Shown: positions 39,716 to 48,810 of the stretch, in pieces
Layout: each line of letters begins with the position of its first letter
Position numbering within the stretch: the stretch's first letter is position 1
Virus record (IMG/VR): IMGVR_UViG_3300037455_000372
Location: 267,710-331,709 of that record
Source of the DNA: a virus
Lineage: Duplodnaviria; Heunggongvirae; Uroviricota; Caudoviricetes
Direction: 5' to 3' (one strand)
Length of the DNA stretch: 64,000 nucleotides
Translations under genes and position numbers: made by a program
The notes under the pieces: model-generated
What the model was told of the DNA's origin: nothing
Database searches by the model: none
The model's input: the letters and a program-made list of their open reading frames with translations, nothing else

Positions 39716-40905
39716 ACGGTCAATTTGCTGGTCATTATGACATTTTGCTGGTCGGAGCTGGGTTGTACAATGCCGTGCTCGCGTACCGCTTCCAACAGAT
39801 GGGACTGTCCGTGTGCGTAGTGGAACGCCGAGCCGGACACGAAATCGGAGGTAACTGTGCTACCGAAACTCGTGACGGTATCATCATCCACAAGTACGGG
39901 GCGCACATCTTCCATACGTCGGACAAAGCTGCTTGGGAATTCGCCAACAAGTTCGCGCATTTTGTTCCGTTCATCAACAGCCCGGTCGCGATTGCCGAAT
40001 ATGAAGTGCTTGATTCTTGTTTAGGCAGAGGTACAACGCTTAAAACCGACGTGTACAACCTTCCGTTCAATATGAACACGTTCGCGAAAATCTTCGGTTT
40101 GCATAGACCGAGGGACGTTGAGGAAAAGCTTAAAGCAGAGACGGCACCTTACATCAAGGAAACTTACAAGAATCTTGAGGAAAAGGCGTTGTCCTTGGTC
40201 GGTCCTAAGATTTTCCACGCATTGATCGAAGGATATACCGAGAAGCAATGGGGTCGGTCGTGCAGCGAATTGCCTCCATACATCATCACGCGAATCCCGC
40301 TCCGTATGGTTTACGATAACAACTATTTCAACGATACCTACCAAGGAATCCCGGCAGCTGGCTATTCCAACTGGATCAATATGATGTACGGCAAAGCCAC
40401 GTTCTATTCTGGTGTCGACTATATCGAGAATCGCGCCGAACTGGACAAGATTGCCGACCATATCTTCTATTCTGGCCGTATCGACGAGTTCTTCAATTTC
40501 AAGTATGGCAAGCTCGACTACCGCAGCTTGAAGTTCGAAACAGTTGCCTATGAGACCGACAACTACCAAGGTGTTGCCGTTTGTAACTATACGACCAAAT
40601 TCCGGAAGTACACCCGTTCCATCGAGCATCGCCATTTTATGTGGAAGGATGCCCCGCAGTGGGCGGTTAAGCCAAACACGACATATGTCACCTACGAATA
40701 TCCGGCGGATATGAGCGAGACCAACGAGCCGTTCTATTCCGTCAATGATACGAAGAACACCGAGCTGTACGCCAAGTATGCTGCAGAATGTCCTGAAAAC
40801 GTCACATTCGTAGGCCGCCTCGGTATGTACCGCTACAACGATATGGACGATACCATAATCAGCGCACTGAATATGGATCTAACCAAGTTCGCGAAGAAAT
40901 TCTAG
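39709..40905 (+). CDS. glf: UDP-galactopyranose mutase
   Basis: VGAGL, IGGNC, HKYGAHIFHT, YTEKQWG, YFND.YQGIP, GRLG.YRY.DMD. Confidence 0.95.
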   Translation: MVNGQFAGHYDILLVGAGLYNAVLAYRFQQMGLSVCVVERRAGHEIGGNCATETRDGIIIHKYGAHIFHTSDKAAWEFANKFAHFVPFINSPVAIAEYEVLDSCLGRGTTLKTDVYNLPFNMNTFAKIFGLHRPRDVEEKLKAETAPYIKETYKNLEEKALSLVGPKIFHALIEGYTEKQWGRSCSELPPYIITRIPLRMVYDNNYFNDTYQGIPAAGYSNWINMMYGKATFYSGVDYIENRAELDKIADHIFYSGRIDEFFNFKYGKLDYRSLKFETVAYETDNYQGVAVCNYTTKFRKYTRSIEHRHFMWKDAPQWAVKPNTTYVTYEYPADMSETNEPFYSVNDTKNTELYAKYAAECPENVTFVGRLGMYRYNDMDDTIISALNMDLTKFAKKF

Positions 40906-40923
40906 TTTTAGTGTGGATAACGG

Positions 40924-40956
40924 AAGAACTCCGCCCGGTTGGACGGAGTTCTTTTT
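40924..40956. terminator. bidirectional terminator
   Basis: AAGAACTCCG/CGGAGTTCTT + T run. Confidence 0.75.
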
Positions 40957-40982
40957 CGTTGTACCACTATGAGAAGAATGTT

Positions 40983-41117
40983 TTATAGGCAAGATATTAG
41001 CAACAATCCGCCGACAAAAGAGAGTGCCATACCGAGACCTACGATGAAATTCATCTTGATGTCACTTTTGGTGTACGGTATTCCGAATTGGTCTGTTCCG
41101 TAATCTTTCTCTTTCAT
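40983..41117 (-). CDS. 44 aa membrane peptide (MKEKDYGTDQ...)
   Basis: GGAGG RBS; ATGA overlap with pnuC. Confidence 0.5.
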   Translation of the reverse strand: MKEKDYGTDQFGIPYTKSDIKMNFIVGLGMALSFVGGLLLISCL

Positions 41118-41680
41118 ATGTTACCTCCACGCTTTTTGTATTCGCGAGTCCAGTTGGTAAAAGAGAATACTGCCAAGAGCGTCCATACGGTGTACAGAGC
41201 GAGAAGATACACGGCTTGGTCCGGCAGCATATAGTATTCGACGATATAGGCTATGTCGTTGATGAACCAGACGATCCAGGCTTCTATCTTGCGCAGAGCC
41301 ATCAAGGCAAGAGCGACGAATGTCGTCACTGTCGTGAAGGAGTCGAGATGCGGCAGCGGGTCGTCGGTCTGTGCCAGTATGGCATAACCGACAAGAGTTC
41401 CGACAATTATCAAGGCCGAAACCGCAATCGCGTGGGACGGCTTCAGGTAGGAAATTGCAGATTCTGGCTTTCCCCACTGAATAAAGGCGTATGCGCAGAT
41501 ACCGACCATAATGCCGCTCTGAACCATATCGCCGTACAGTCCGTTGACGTAGGAGAATGCGATAAGGAAGCCGAGCTGGATAACGTAGATAATCCAGTTG
41601 CTACGCTTGTTCAGCATAACGAGGATTCCCTGAAGGAGGCCGAACGCGGTCGCGAGGATTTCGAGCTGTTCCGATGTCAT
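41114..41680 (-). CDS. pnuC: nicotinamide riboside transporter PnuC family
   Basis: NW, LYGD, QW, PHLDSFTT, RKIEAWIVWFIND. Confidence 0.88.
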   Translation of the reverse strand: MTSEQLEILATAFGLLQGILVMLNKRSNWIIYVIQLGFLIAFSYVNGLYGDMVQSGIMVGICAYAFIQWGKPESAISYLKPSHAIAVSALIIVGTLVGYAILAQTDDPLPHLDSFTTVTTFVALALMALRKIEAWIVWFINDIAYIVEYYMLPDQAVYLLALYTVWTLLAVFSFTNWTREYKKRGGNI

Positions 41681-41692
41681 TGTTTCTGTCCT

Positions 41693-42223
41693 TTAGTTGA
41701 TTGTTTTGATAAGGGTTGCGCACCAGTCCTTGGCGTGTTCGGTACTGTTGCACTTGTGGAAGGTGATGTTCGGGTTGATAATACGCGCTTGGTGGAACGG
41801 GTACCAGTATTGGTGATGAATCTGTGTGGCGAGGTTATCCGAAGACACGTCTTCTTCGGTCTGTTCATCGGTGGGGACATAGAAAATTTCGATGCGCTTG
41901 TTGAGCGTCGCGGCGAAAATGAGTTCGGCCACTGTGCCGGGAGCTTGGCCGTCTTCGGGGAACACGAGGAAGACTATGTCGGAACGGCGGATTGCTTCCA
42001 CTTCGGACTCGACCACTGCTTCGGAGTTGAGACCCTTCTTGTAATAGTAGAACGGGCCGGTGTATTCGACGTTTCCGAGGTCTTCGATGTCGTTGTGCTG
42101 TTCGATGAATGGCTCGCCGACGATTCCGTAACGGAAGTCGCTGCGGATAAGTTCGGGGGTCACTTCACTGTACTTGAACGTGAACGGGCCGCCCACGTAA
42201 ATTCTGTGCTTAATGCGTTTCAT
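41693..42223 (-). CDS. nucleoside 2-deoxyribosyltransferase-like protein
   Basis: IYVGGPF, AIRRSDIV, PGTVAELIFA. Confidence 0.75.
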   Translation of the reverse strand: MKRIKHRIYVGGPFTFKYSEVTPELIRSDFRYGIVGEPFIEQHNDIEDLGNVEYTGPFYYYKKGLNSEAVVESEVEAIRRSDIVFLVFPEDGQAPGTVAELIFAATLNKRIEIFYVPTDEQTEEDVSSDNLATQIHHQYWYPFHQARIINPNITFHKCNSTEHAKDWCATLIKTIN

Positions 42224-42572
42224 GGTAGAGTCCTAACTTCTTGAGGGTGGGTGCCATATTTACGTTGGGGTAGTATTTGAGCCACGTGTCGTGGGCGTCG
42301 AGTGGTTTGTCCGGCTTGGTGAACCGTGCCGATTCCCAGTCCAGAGCGGCTTGAACCTTGTCCTTGATGTCTCCGTTGCGGTAATGGTGGCTTGACCAAG
42401 CGCGATGGATTTTCTGGGTGAGGCGTTTGCCGAAGAATAGATACATTACAACCTTGTCGAGGTCGTGCAGGGGGAATGAGTAGCCGAGAGACTTCGCAAT
42501 ATTCTGCAAGGCGCGACGGTGGTCGAGCGTATACTTGATGAGATCGATTCGATACTTGATTAGTTTGAGCAT
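42210..42572 (-). CDS. HD-like/DUF5662-related protein (leaderless)
   Basis: HDLDK, HR..S.HH, DWESARFTKPDKPL. Confidence 0.65.
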   Translation of the reverse strand: MLKLIKYRIDLIKYTLDHRRALQNIAKSLGYSFPLHDLDKVVMYLFFGKRLTQKIHRAWSSHHYRNGDIKDKVQAALDWESARFTKPDKPLDAHDTWLKYYPNVNMAPTLKKLGLYHETH

Positions 42573-42686
42573 AGCCTAAATATAACAAAATTTGACGACT
42601 TTGTCAATGGATAAATATAAAATTTGCAATTAAAAATTTTTAGTTCTATATTCGCATTCCAGAAACAGACAAATGGAGATAAATAT

Positions 42687-43199
42687 ATGTCATTGTTTAC
42701 CCTTACCGGCATTCTCAACAGCAAAGCAACAGTTGTCGTCAAGGACACGGCACTTACACAGCTCAAGTTCAAGGTGAGCATCCCTGCCGAGGTGCGCGAA
42801 ATCGGTCGCGTACTCACCGACGAATGCGGCGTTGACCAGCTCAAAGACGTTACCGACAATACCAACGGCGTGTGGAGCCACAAACGCGACCTCAAGGAGT
42901 ACGGTATCTACATCGATGCCAACTTCGGAACCGAACTCGAAACCATCACTACGTTCAAGGGTATTTTACGAAGTGTCTCTTTCACTCACTCAACGAAGTC
43001 CACCGGAGATGGCCTCGTCGAAAACTCTTGCTGCACGCTCGAAATCTTGAAGAACTACGACAAGGATTCCGACTTCGAGATGAACCCGTACGTGAAGTAC
43101 AAGGAAGTCGAGCCGACTTCTGGCAAGAAGGTGCTTATTCCGATGGTTCTCACCGCCGAGCAGATCGACACCAACCCAGTTGATATGACTGAGATTTAA
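42687..43199 (+). CDS. hypothetical protein
   Basis: GGAG RBS; start reassigned to MSLFTL. Confidence 0.7.
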   Translation: MSLFTLTGILNSKATVVVKDTALTQLKFKVSIPAEVREIGRVLTDECGVDQLKDVTDNTNGVWSHKRDLKEYGIYIDANFGTELETITTFKGILRSVSFTHSTKSTGDGLVENSCCTLEILKNYDKDSDFEMNPYVKYKEVEPTSGKKVLIPMVLTAEQIDTNPVDMTEI

Positions 43200-43209
43200 A
43201 CCTGTATTT

Positions 43210-43243
43210 AAGAGGTATTTGCAATACCGCAGATACCTCTTTT
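43210..43243 (+). terminator. intrinsic terminator
   Basis: AAGAGGTATTTGC/GCAGATACCTCTT + T run. Confidence 0.7.
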
Positions 43244-43252
43244 AGGAGTTTT

Positions 43253-44191
43253 ATGCAACATTTCTTGATTGGACCGGGTCTGGGTGGCGCGAAGCTGACC
43301 AAGGCCGCACTTGAGTACATAATTTGCAGATACCGTAGATGCGACAACTTGACATTCGAGATGAGTCCTATTACTAAGTCGAACGGCGAGACCGAGGACT
43401 ATGTTTGGGTGCATTATCCAGAAGACTCCCTCCGATGCGAATGCGAACCTTTGTACACCGAGTGGTGGAACCTTTACAAGAAGTTCCACGAAACCGAATT
43501 CAAGGACGTGCCTAACGACGGTATGATTTCACTACCGTTTATGGGAGTGTCGGAGATACGAGACTTGATAGTGATGTATTTGGTACAAGACCTGTACAAT
43601 TCGTACATTCCCAAGGATGTTGCCGAAAAGATGGATAAGCTGAATAGGGGTTATGCGCTCCGTGTTGTCGACGTTCCAGACGGCTACCACTGTTTAATTA
43701 CCGATGACCCCGAATACGGCACTGAATCAGTGCAAGAATGTACACGAATGTGGAACGCTGATTTGGACGATGACGGTTTTACCAAGCAACAGATAAAGAA
43801 TTTTGCATTCATTGAATCATTGAGCGAAACAACGGACCGTTTTCCAGACACCATCACGGTCGACGGCGCGACGACGGTTGGCGAACCTATTATCTTCAAG
43901 GACTTGGTTATCGCCAAGAAAGGCAAGCGAGCCGTGGTATATTCGAAGCTTAACGACAAGGTTGCGTTCCTCAAGAAGGCGGAATACTTCAGGGACACAC
44001 TAGACCATCCGATCAAATGGTTCGAGATTGTCGGTGAAGTTACCAATAAGTTCCAGTCGAATACTTTGTTCCACAATATCAGCGAACTTTACGATTATTA
44101 CGACCTTGTTAAGGTTGTTGGTACTTATGCCGACAAATATCGCAAAGAAAAGACCGAGGCTGCTAATGATAATGAATCTGGAAATACCTAA
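43253..44191 (+). CDS. hypothetical protein
   Basis: AGGAG RBS; 312 aa. Confidence 0.75.
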   Translation: MQHFLIGPGLGGAKLTKAALEYIICRYRRCDNLTFEMSPITKSNGETEDYVWVHYPEDSLRCECEPLYTEWWNLYKKFHETEFKDVPNDGMISLPFMGVSEIRDLIVMYLVQDLYNSYIPKDVAEKMDKLNRGYALRVVDVPDGYHCLITDDPEYGTESVQECTRMWNADLDDDGFTKQQIKNFAFIESLSETTDRFPDTITVDGATTVGEPIIFKDLVIAKKGKRAVVYSKLNDKVAFLKKAEYFRDTLDHPIKWFEIVGEVTNKFQSNTLFHNISELYDYYDLVKVVGTYADKYRKEKTEAANDNESGNT

Positions 44192-44816
44192 CAAAATTCT
44201 TGGACGGCGCATCCAGCCAGCTTTATGGTCAGGCAAAACCATAACGCCTTATTCGTATGATAGCAAGAATTGCTTGGTCGCCGCCCACGCAATATCTACC
44301 GTGTACTACGAGCTACCGGATATATTGAACATCCGAGGCTGGTGTATGGTTCTTATCGACTTGGACGAGTCAACCGATACCCACCTAAGTATCAACGATG
44401 ACTTGTATGAGTACATTGACAAGAAGCTGGAGCACGAAGGCGTTCACCGTGTTATCAAGGACAGGTTCCATAAGGTGTCTGTTACGAAACACACCGCTAA
44501 TCCGGGGATGGCATTCCACAACGGAGACCGCCAGATATCGATTGAACACGGCTTGGACCATTACACCGGTGCCGCCCACGAACTGAAGCTCGAACTGATT
44601 GACGAACGGCCAGACCTGTTTGAAGAATGCACCGATGTATTGAAATCGGAAGTCGAGCAAGAAATGGACAGAGAAGTTCTAAAACATATGGTTGAAGAGG
44701 AGAAACGTCGAAATGGCAGAAACACATCTGAATCTACAGAAACCCCAGAAACCGCAAACAAATACAGTGGCATCGTCTCAGCGATTGCCAATGCAGCAGC
44801 CAAGACCGGTGGTTGA
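44166..44816 (+). CDS. hypothetical protein
   Basis: GAGG RBS; start 44166 or 44172. Confidence 0.65.
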   Translation: MIMNLEIPNKILGRRIQPALWSGKTITPYSYDSKNCLVAAHAISTVYYELPDILNIRGWCMVLIDLDESTDTHLSINDDLYEYIDKKLEHEGVHRVIKDRFHKVSVTKHTANPGMAFHNGDRQISIEHGLDHYTGAAHELKLELIDERPDLFEECTDVLKSEVEQEMDREVLKHMVEEEKRRNGRNTSESTETPETANKYSGIVSAIANAAAKTGG

Positions 44817-45174
44817 CCCGGTGATTTTGGGAAAATGCGCTAATTACCAGAAACTGATCCACCGCTCCGGTATCGCAAAGGAGCTGCTGTTGGCTCTGAT
44901 GATTGTCGATATGATTACCACGTTAGTATCGGGACTTGTCGTAGCTGGCACCGGCAACCCACAGATACTTACGGCGGCTACCTATACCTTCGACACGGCG
45001 TTGGTATTGTTGCCGATACTTATCTTTTCGTTCATCTTCTGTCCGACGCCGAGACAGTACGGTCCGCTTCTGGTGGTTGAGACAAACCGTCTACCGGAAA
45101 GTTCTTGCGCGTTGGCTTCGCTGAAGAAGCAGCTTATCCAAGAAGGCGTGAACGCCGTCGCTTGGAAGCTCTAG
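44713..45174 (+). CDS. membrane protein
   Basis: GAGGAG RBS; two hydrophobic segments. Confidence 0.55.
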   Translation: MAETHLNLQKPQKPQTNTVASSQRLPMQQPRPVVDPVILGKCANYQKLIHRSGIAKELLLALMIVDMITTLVSGLVVAGTGNPQILTAATYTFDTALVLLPILIFSFIFCPTPRQYGPLLVVETNRLPESSCALASLKKQLIQEGVNAVAWKL

Positions 45175-45818
45175 TCTTTCCAGCACTTTTCGATGATACC
45201 CCACTTGGCGTACTTTCTCAGTGCGCCCATACAGGAGTAGTACGACGAGTAATGGTTGGGGACCTTCGTTGCGATGTCCTTCAGCGTGGCCTCTGGATGC
45301 TCGGCGAAGTATTCCTTCGCACGGGCAATGAAACGAGAAAATGATGTCGATCTGGAGCCGGTCTGCGTACCGGCTTCAAGCTTTTTGTCCATATGCTTGA
45401 GTTCCGGAAGCCAGAAATCCAAGTTTCCGGGAAGCGGCTCCGCTTGCAGTGCGATTCTGGCGTGGAGCTGCGGCTTGTCGTCAAGGATTCCTTGGAATTC
45501 CGAAACCATAATGTAGCCGATACCCATCGTACGGAGGACTTGGCGAGCGTCTTGGCTCAGTGTGCAAGGACACGCAACGTACACTCTGGAAGCGGTTTCC
45601 AGCCATCGCGTAGCCTGAGCCATAACCTTGATGTTCACTTGTTTCTTGAGTTCGATGGCGTACACTTCGCCGTCGTTGAAATACACTAGGTCGCAAGACC
45701 CGGATGAACCGATGCCGACTTCTTCGGCGTATTCCATATTCTTGAAAAGGTTGGCTTCCTTGATGGCGCGGCCAACGTCAACCTCGGTGAGGTCGTATTT
45801 AACTTGCTTTCTTCTCAT
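45171..45818 (-). CDS. PD-(D/E)xK nuclease-like protein
   Basis: EV..CDLV..VYAIELK, QA..W..VYVA motifs. Confidence 0.7.
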   Translation of the reverse strand: MRRKQVKYDLTEVDVGRAIKEANLFKNMEYAEEVGIGSSGSCDLVYFNDGEVYAIELKKQVNIKVMAQATRWLETASRVYVACPCTLSQDARQVLRTMGIGYIMVSEFQGILDDKPQLHARIALQAEPLPGNLDFWLPELKHMDKKLEAGTQTGSRSTSFSRFIARAKEYFAEHPEATLKDIATKVPNHYSSYYSCMGALRKYAKWGIIEKCWKD

Positions 45819-46021
45819 ACTGCAAATATAGCTACTTGTAGTTTAGAGCGTCCATTAAAAGCGAAATCCATCGCTCTTGCGATGGACTGTCCCTTGTGCT
45901 TCTCTTTTCTGCAATACTTCGACTTGAGTTGTACCACCCTAGTTCGCAAGGTGGCACCGTTGCCGGTCCCGGCAACCCTCTCTTTGCGCTGCGACGCGCT
46001 TTCTGATGCTTTTGTCTTCAT
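45815..46021 (-). CDS. small basic protein
   Basis: AAGGA RBS; minus-strand promoter TTGACA-17-TAAACT; RTRVV...KYCRKEKHK. Confidence 0.55.
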   Translation of the reverse strand: MKTKASESASQRKERVAGTGNGATLRTRVVQLKSKYCRKEKHKGQSIARAMDFAFNGRSKLQVAIFAV

Positions 46022-46038
46022 AATTTACATCCTTGCAC

Positions 46039-46075
46039 TTGACAACAGTTTAGCAAATTCCTATATTTTTGTCAA
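46039..46075. promoter_or_regulatory. overlapping promoters on both strands
   Basis: plus TTGACA(46039)-17-TATATT; minus TTGACA(46075)-17-TAAACT. Confidence 0.65.
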
Positions 46076-46090
46076 CCCCTAGAGGATTTT

Positions 46091-46624
46091 ATGGCTGAAA
46101 ATACCGAGAAAAAGACCCTTTATACTTCCGCTGCGCTCGAAGAACTTTTTGGGAAACAGCTGAAGGCTCTCCGTAAATTTGACAAGAAAAAACTGGCCAA
46201 GGCTATCGAGAACCAGCTGCAGCTGGGCGAAGAAAGCTTGCCTTATGCTTTCCGTGGATTTTTCAAGTTCAATGTTCCTATTCTCCAAGCCGTCTTGAAG
46301 CCGCACATCTATGAAGACCGCTTTGGCAAAGGCGCGGCTCCCACCGACACCTATTTCGTCAAGTCTGGAGACAAGATTAGCGCGGTCATCCATATCATCG
46401 GTCAAGACAACTGTCTCGGACCCATCGACACGGTTCCGGAACACATCCACGTTTTCACCGTGGACGAACTCCAAGAGAAGGTCAACGAGGCCATCGGCAT
46501 CTTCCAAGGCGAAATCGACCGTCTGAAGAAGCTCGAAAAAGACGGCATCAAGCCGGAGTTGACCGCCTTGATGAAGATGGACGAAGAGACAAACAAGCTG
46601 GTTGCCGAGGCAAAGTCTAAGTAA
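46091..46624 (+). CDS. hypothetical protein
   Basis: GAGGA RBS; 177 aa. Confidence 0.75.
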   Translation: MAENTEKKTLYTSAALEELFGKQLKALRKFDKKKLAKAIENQLQLGEESLPYAFRGFFKFNVPILQAVLKPHIYEDRFGKGAAPTDTYFVKSGDKISAVIHIIGQDNCLGPIDTVPEHIHVFTVDELQEKVNEAIGIFQGEIDRLKKLEKDGIKPELTALMKMDEETNKLVAEAKSK

Positions 46625-47085
46625 TGCACAGCGCGTTTATGTACATACTGGTCGGGTTCATCGTCGCGCTGTCACTGAACAACGCCGTGAACCGACTGTG
46701 CAAGCGTTGTTTCGGTATCTTGCGGATGATGTGGAATACCCGCGATACATATCGTATGTACTGCGTATCGCTGGTCAATACGAATCCGCCAAGGCACAAC
46801 AGTCTGGCGTTCGTGTGTGAGTCCCACACAGATGGCAAGAAGTTCATCTATGCGGCTATGTCAGCGTTCCCGGCTGTGTTTACTAGACCGGGACTCCATT
46901 TGGGCGTTGGTGGAATGTGGTCGGTTTTGGGCGTCAGCGGGTTGTCGCTACACCGGTACACCCCGGAAAATGACAGCATCCGCCAAGTATTGCGTCTTTC
47001 TAATGTGTCTGATAGTGAAGCCGATGCCGTCATCGACTGGATCAACCGGTACTGGAACAACTATATTAGCGGAATGTGTAGATAA
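46624..47085 (+). CDS. hypothetical membrane-anchored protein
   Basis: TAATG coupling; N-terminal TM. Confidence 0.55.
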   Translation: MHSAFMYILVGFIVALSLNNAVNRLCKRCFGILRMMWNTRDTYRMYCVSLVNTNPPRHNSLAFVCESHTDGKKFIYAAMSAFPAVFTRPGLHLGVGGMWSVLGVSGLSLHRYTPENDSIRQVLRLSNVSDSEADAVIDWINRYWNNYISGMCR

Positions 47086-47148
47086 AGTGTTGATATTATG
47101 TTAACAAAGTGTTTGTAAGTGGTTATTTAATGTTGATAGGAGAACCGA

Positions 47149-47319
47149 ATGAAAATGTTCTTGTTATTGTTGATAGTCGCCATCGTCGCGCTTGTCGTGT
47201 GGACTAGGCCGAAGCGCACCGAGGTGATCAACTTCTCTACCTTTGGTGTCAACTGTTCCCTCAGCACGATAGAGCATAGGGACGGGTCGTCGAAACTCGA
47301 CTGGAAGTGCGACGACTAG
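47149..47319 (+). CDS. 56 aa exported/membrane peptide
   Basis: AGGAG RBS; MKMFLLLLIVAIV; two Cys. Confidence 0.55.
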   Translation: MKMFLLLLIVAIVALVVWTRPKRTEVINFSTFGVNCSLSTIEHRDGSSKLDWKCDD

Positions 47320-47359
47320 TATGATGAAAGTTTCAAATTCTAAGATAAAGGATTAACCT

Positions 47360-48748
47360 ATGGCAGTAAAAGCTTCCAAAGACCAAATCGTTAAGGCAAA
47401 GATGCCTAACCGCACGGTGGTCAAGAAGGTGCCGAAATCGACGCCGACTATGACCATCAACAAACCCTACAAGCGTCTGCATCCGGACCGCAGGGTTATC
47501 CATCACCTTTCGCAGACCGACGCATACAAGTATTCGATGTGTCAGTTCTACTTCCACCGCTATCCGTCGGTTCAGGCTGAATGGGAATTCCGTCTCCGCA
47601 CCAAGGGAGTGGACATCTCCTACTTGTACGACGATATCATCAAGGAACTCGACCACCTCTGTTCTCTCCGCTACACGCCGTGGGAACTCGAAGGAATTGC
47701 CAAGGTTATGCCTTGGATCACGGCTGACTACATCGACTATCTCAGCCGCTTCCAGCTCGACCGCAAGTTCATCACCGTCACGAAGGACAAGAACGAGCCG
47801 GGTTGCATCGTCATCCGTTCCAAGGGTCCGCAGCATCTCGTCTCTTGGTTCGAAATCTATGTGCTGCAGATTGTCCAGCACCTCTATTTCGACGACGAAG
47901 AAATCAACTGGGAAGTCGCCAAGGCCAACCTTGACGCCGTCATTGAAAAGTGGAACGCCGCTTGGCGCGAAGGTCTCCGCTTCACCGTTTCCGACTTCGG
48001 CATCCGCCGCAGCGTGAGCGACGAATGGAACGAATATATGGTTCGCACGATGAAGAAGTATTGCCCGGCCTTCGTAGGCACGAGCAACGTGTACCTCGCC
48101 ATCAAGTGCGACACCAAGGCAATCGGTACGTTCGCGCACGAACTCTACGCCACCTATCAGGGCATCAAGGACATTCCGCTCCGCCTTGCTCAGCAGCGTG
48201 TCCTCGAAGACTGGGCGAAGGAATTCCACGGCGACCTCGGCGTTGCTCTCTCCGACAACTACGGATTCCTCGCGTTCTTGCGTGACTTCGATAAGTATTA
48301 CGCCAAGCTGTTCGACGGTGCTCGCCACGATTCTGGCGACCCGATTAAGTGGGGTGAATTGCTTATCGCGCACTACAAGCGTCTCGGAATCGACCCGACG
48401 ACGAAGGTGGCTTGCTGGTCGGATAGCCTCGACGCTGACAAGGCCATTATGATTGCACGTCACTTCAACGGACGCATCAAGATTGCCTTCGGCATCGGTA
48501 CGTTCCTCTGCGCCACGATTCTCGGTATGAAGAAGGATCCGCTCTCGATGGTGATGAAGACCATCCGCATCGCGAACGACAGCCGTTCTCCGTGGGTCGA
48601 CGTGGCGAAGGTCTCGGACACCGCAAGCAAGGGTATGTGCCATAGCCAGAAGACCGTGGACAACATTATGGACATCTTCGACTACAAGTCGATTGACGAC
48701 TTGAGCTTCGAAGAATGCCAGCTCCACGTCTACGGCGAAGCAGCATAA
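47360..48748 (+). CDS. pncB: nicotinate phosphoribosyltransferase
   Basis: TDAYKYSM, DFGIRR, GTSNV, GTFAHE, RHDSGDP, SDSLD, FGIGT, KVSD. Confidence 0.92.
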   Translation: MAVKASKDQIVKAKMPNRTVVKKVPKSTPTMTINKPYKRLHPDRRVIHHLSQTDAYKYSMCQFYFHRYPSVQAEWEFRLRTKGVDISYLYDDIIKELDHLCSLRYTPWELEGIAKVMPWITADYIDYLSRFQLDRKFITVTKDKNEPGCIVIRSKGPQHLVSWFEIYVLQIVQHLYFDDEEINWEVAKANLDAVIEKWNAAWREGLRFTVSDFGIRRSVSDEWNEYMVRTMKKYCPAFVGTSNVYLAIKCDTKAIGTFAHELYATYQGIKDIPLRLAQQRVLEDWAKEFHGDLGVALSDNYGFLAFLRDFDKYYAKLFDGARHDSGDPIKWGELLIAHYKRLGIDPTTKVACWSDSLDADKAIMIARHFNGRIKIAFGIGTFLCATILGMKKDPLSMVMKTIRIANDSRSPWVDVAKVSDTASKGMCHSQKTVDNIMDIFDYKSIDDLSFEECQLHVYGEAA

Positions 48749-48767
48749 ATTAAAGAAAATTCACACT

Positions 48768-48804
48768 AAAGCCGGTTGACAACTCAACCGGCTTTTGCTA
48801 TATT
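48768..48804 (+). terminator. terminator hairpin containing the next promoter
   Basis: AAAGCCGGTTGA/TCAACCGGCTTT; TTGACA 48776, TATATT 48799. Confidence 0.75.
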
Positions 48805-48810
48805 TAGGGT

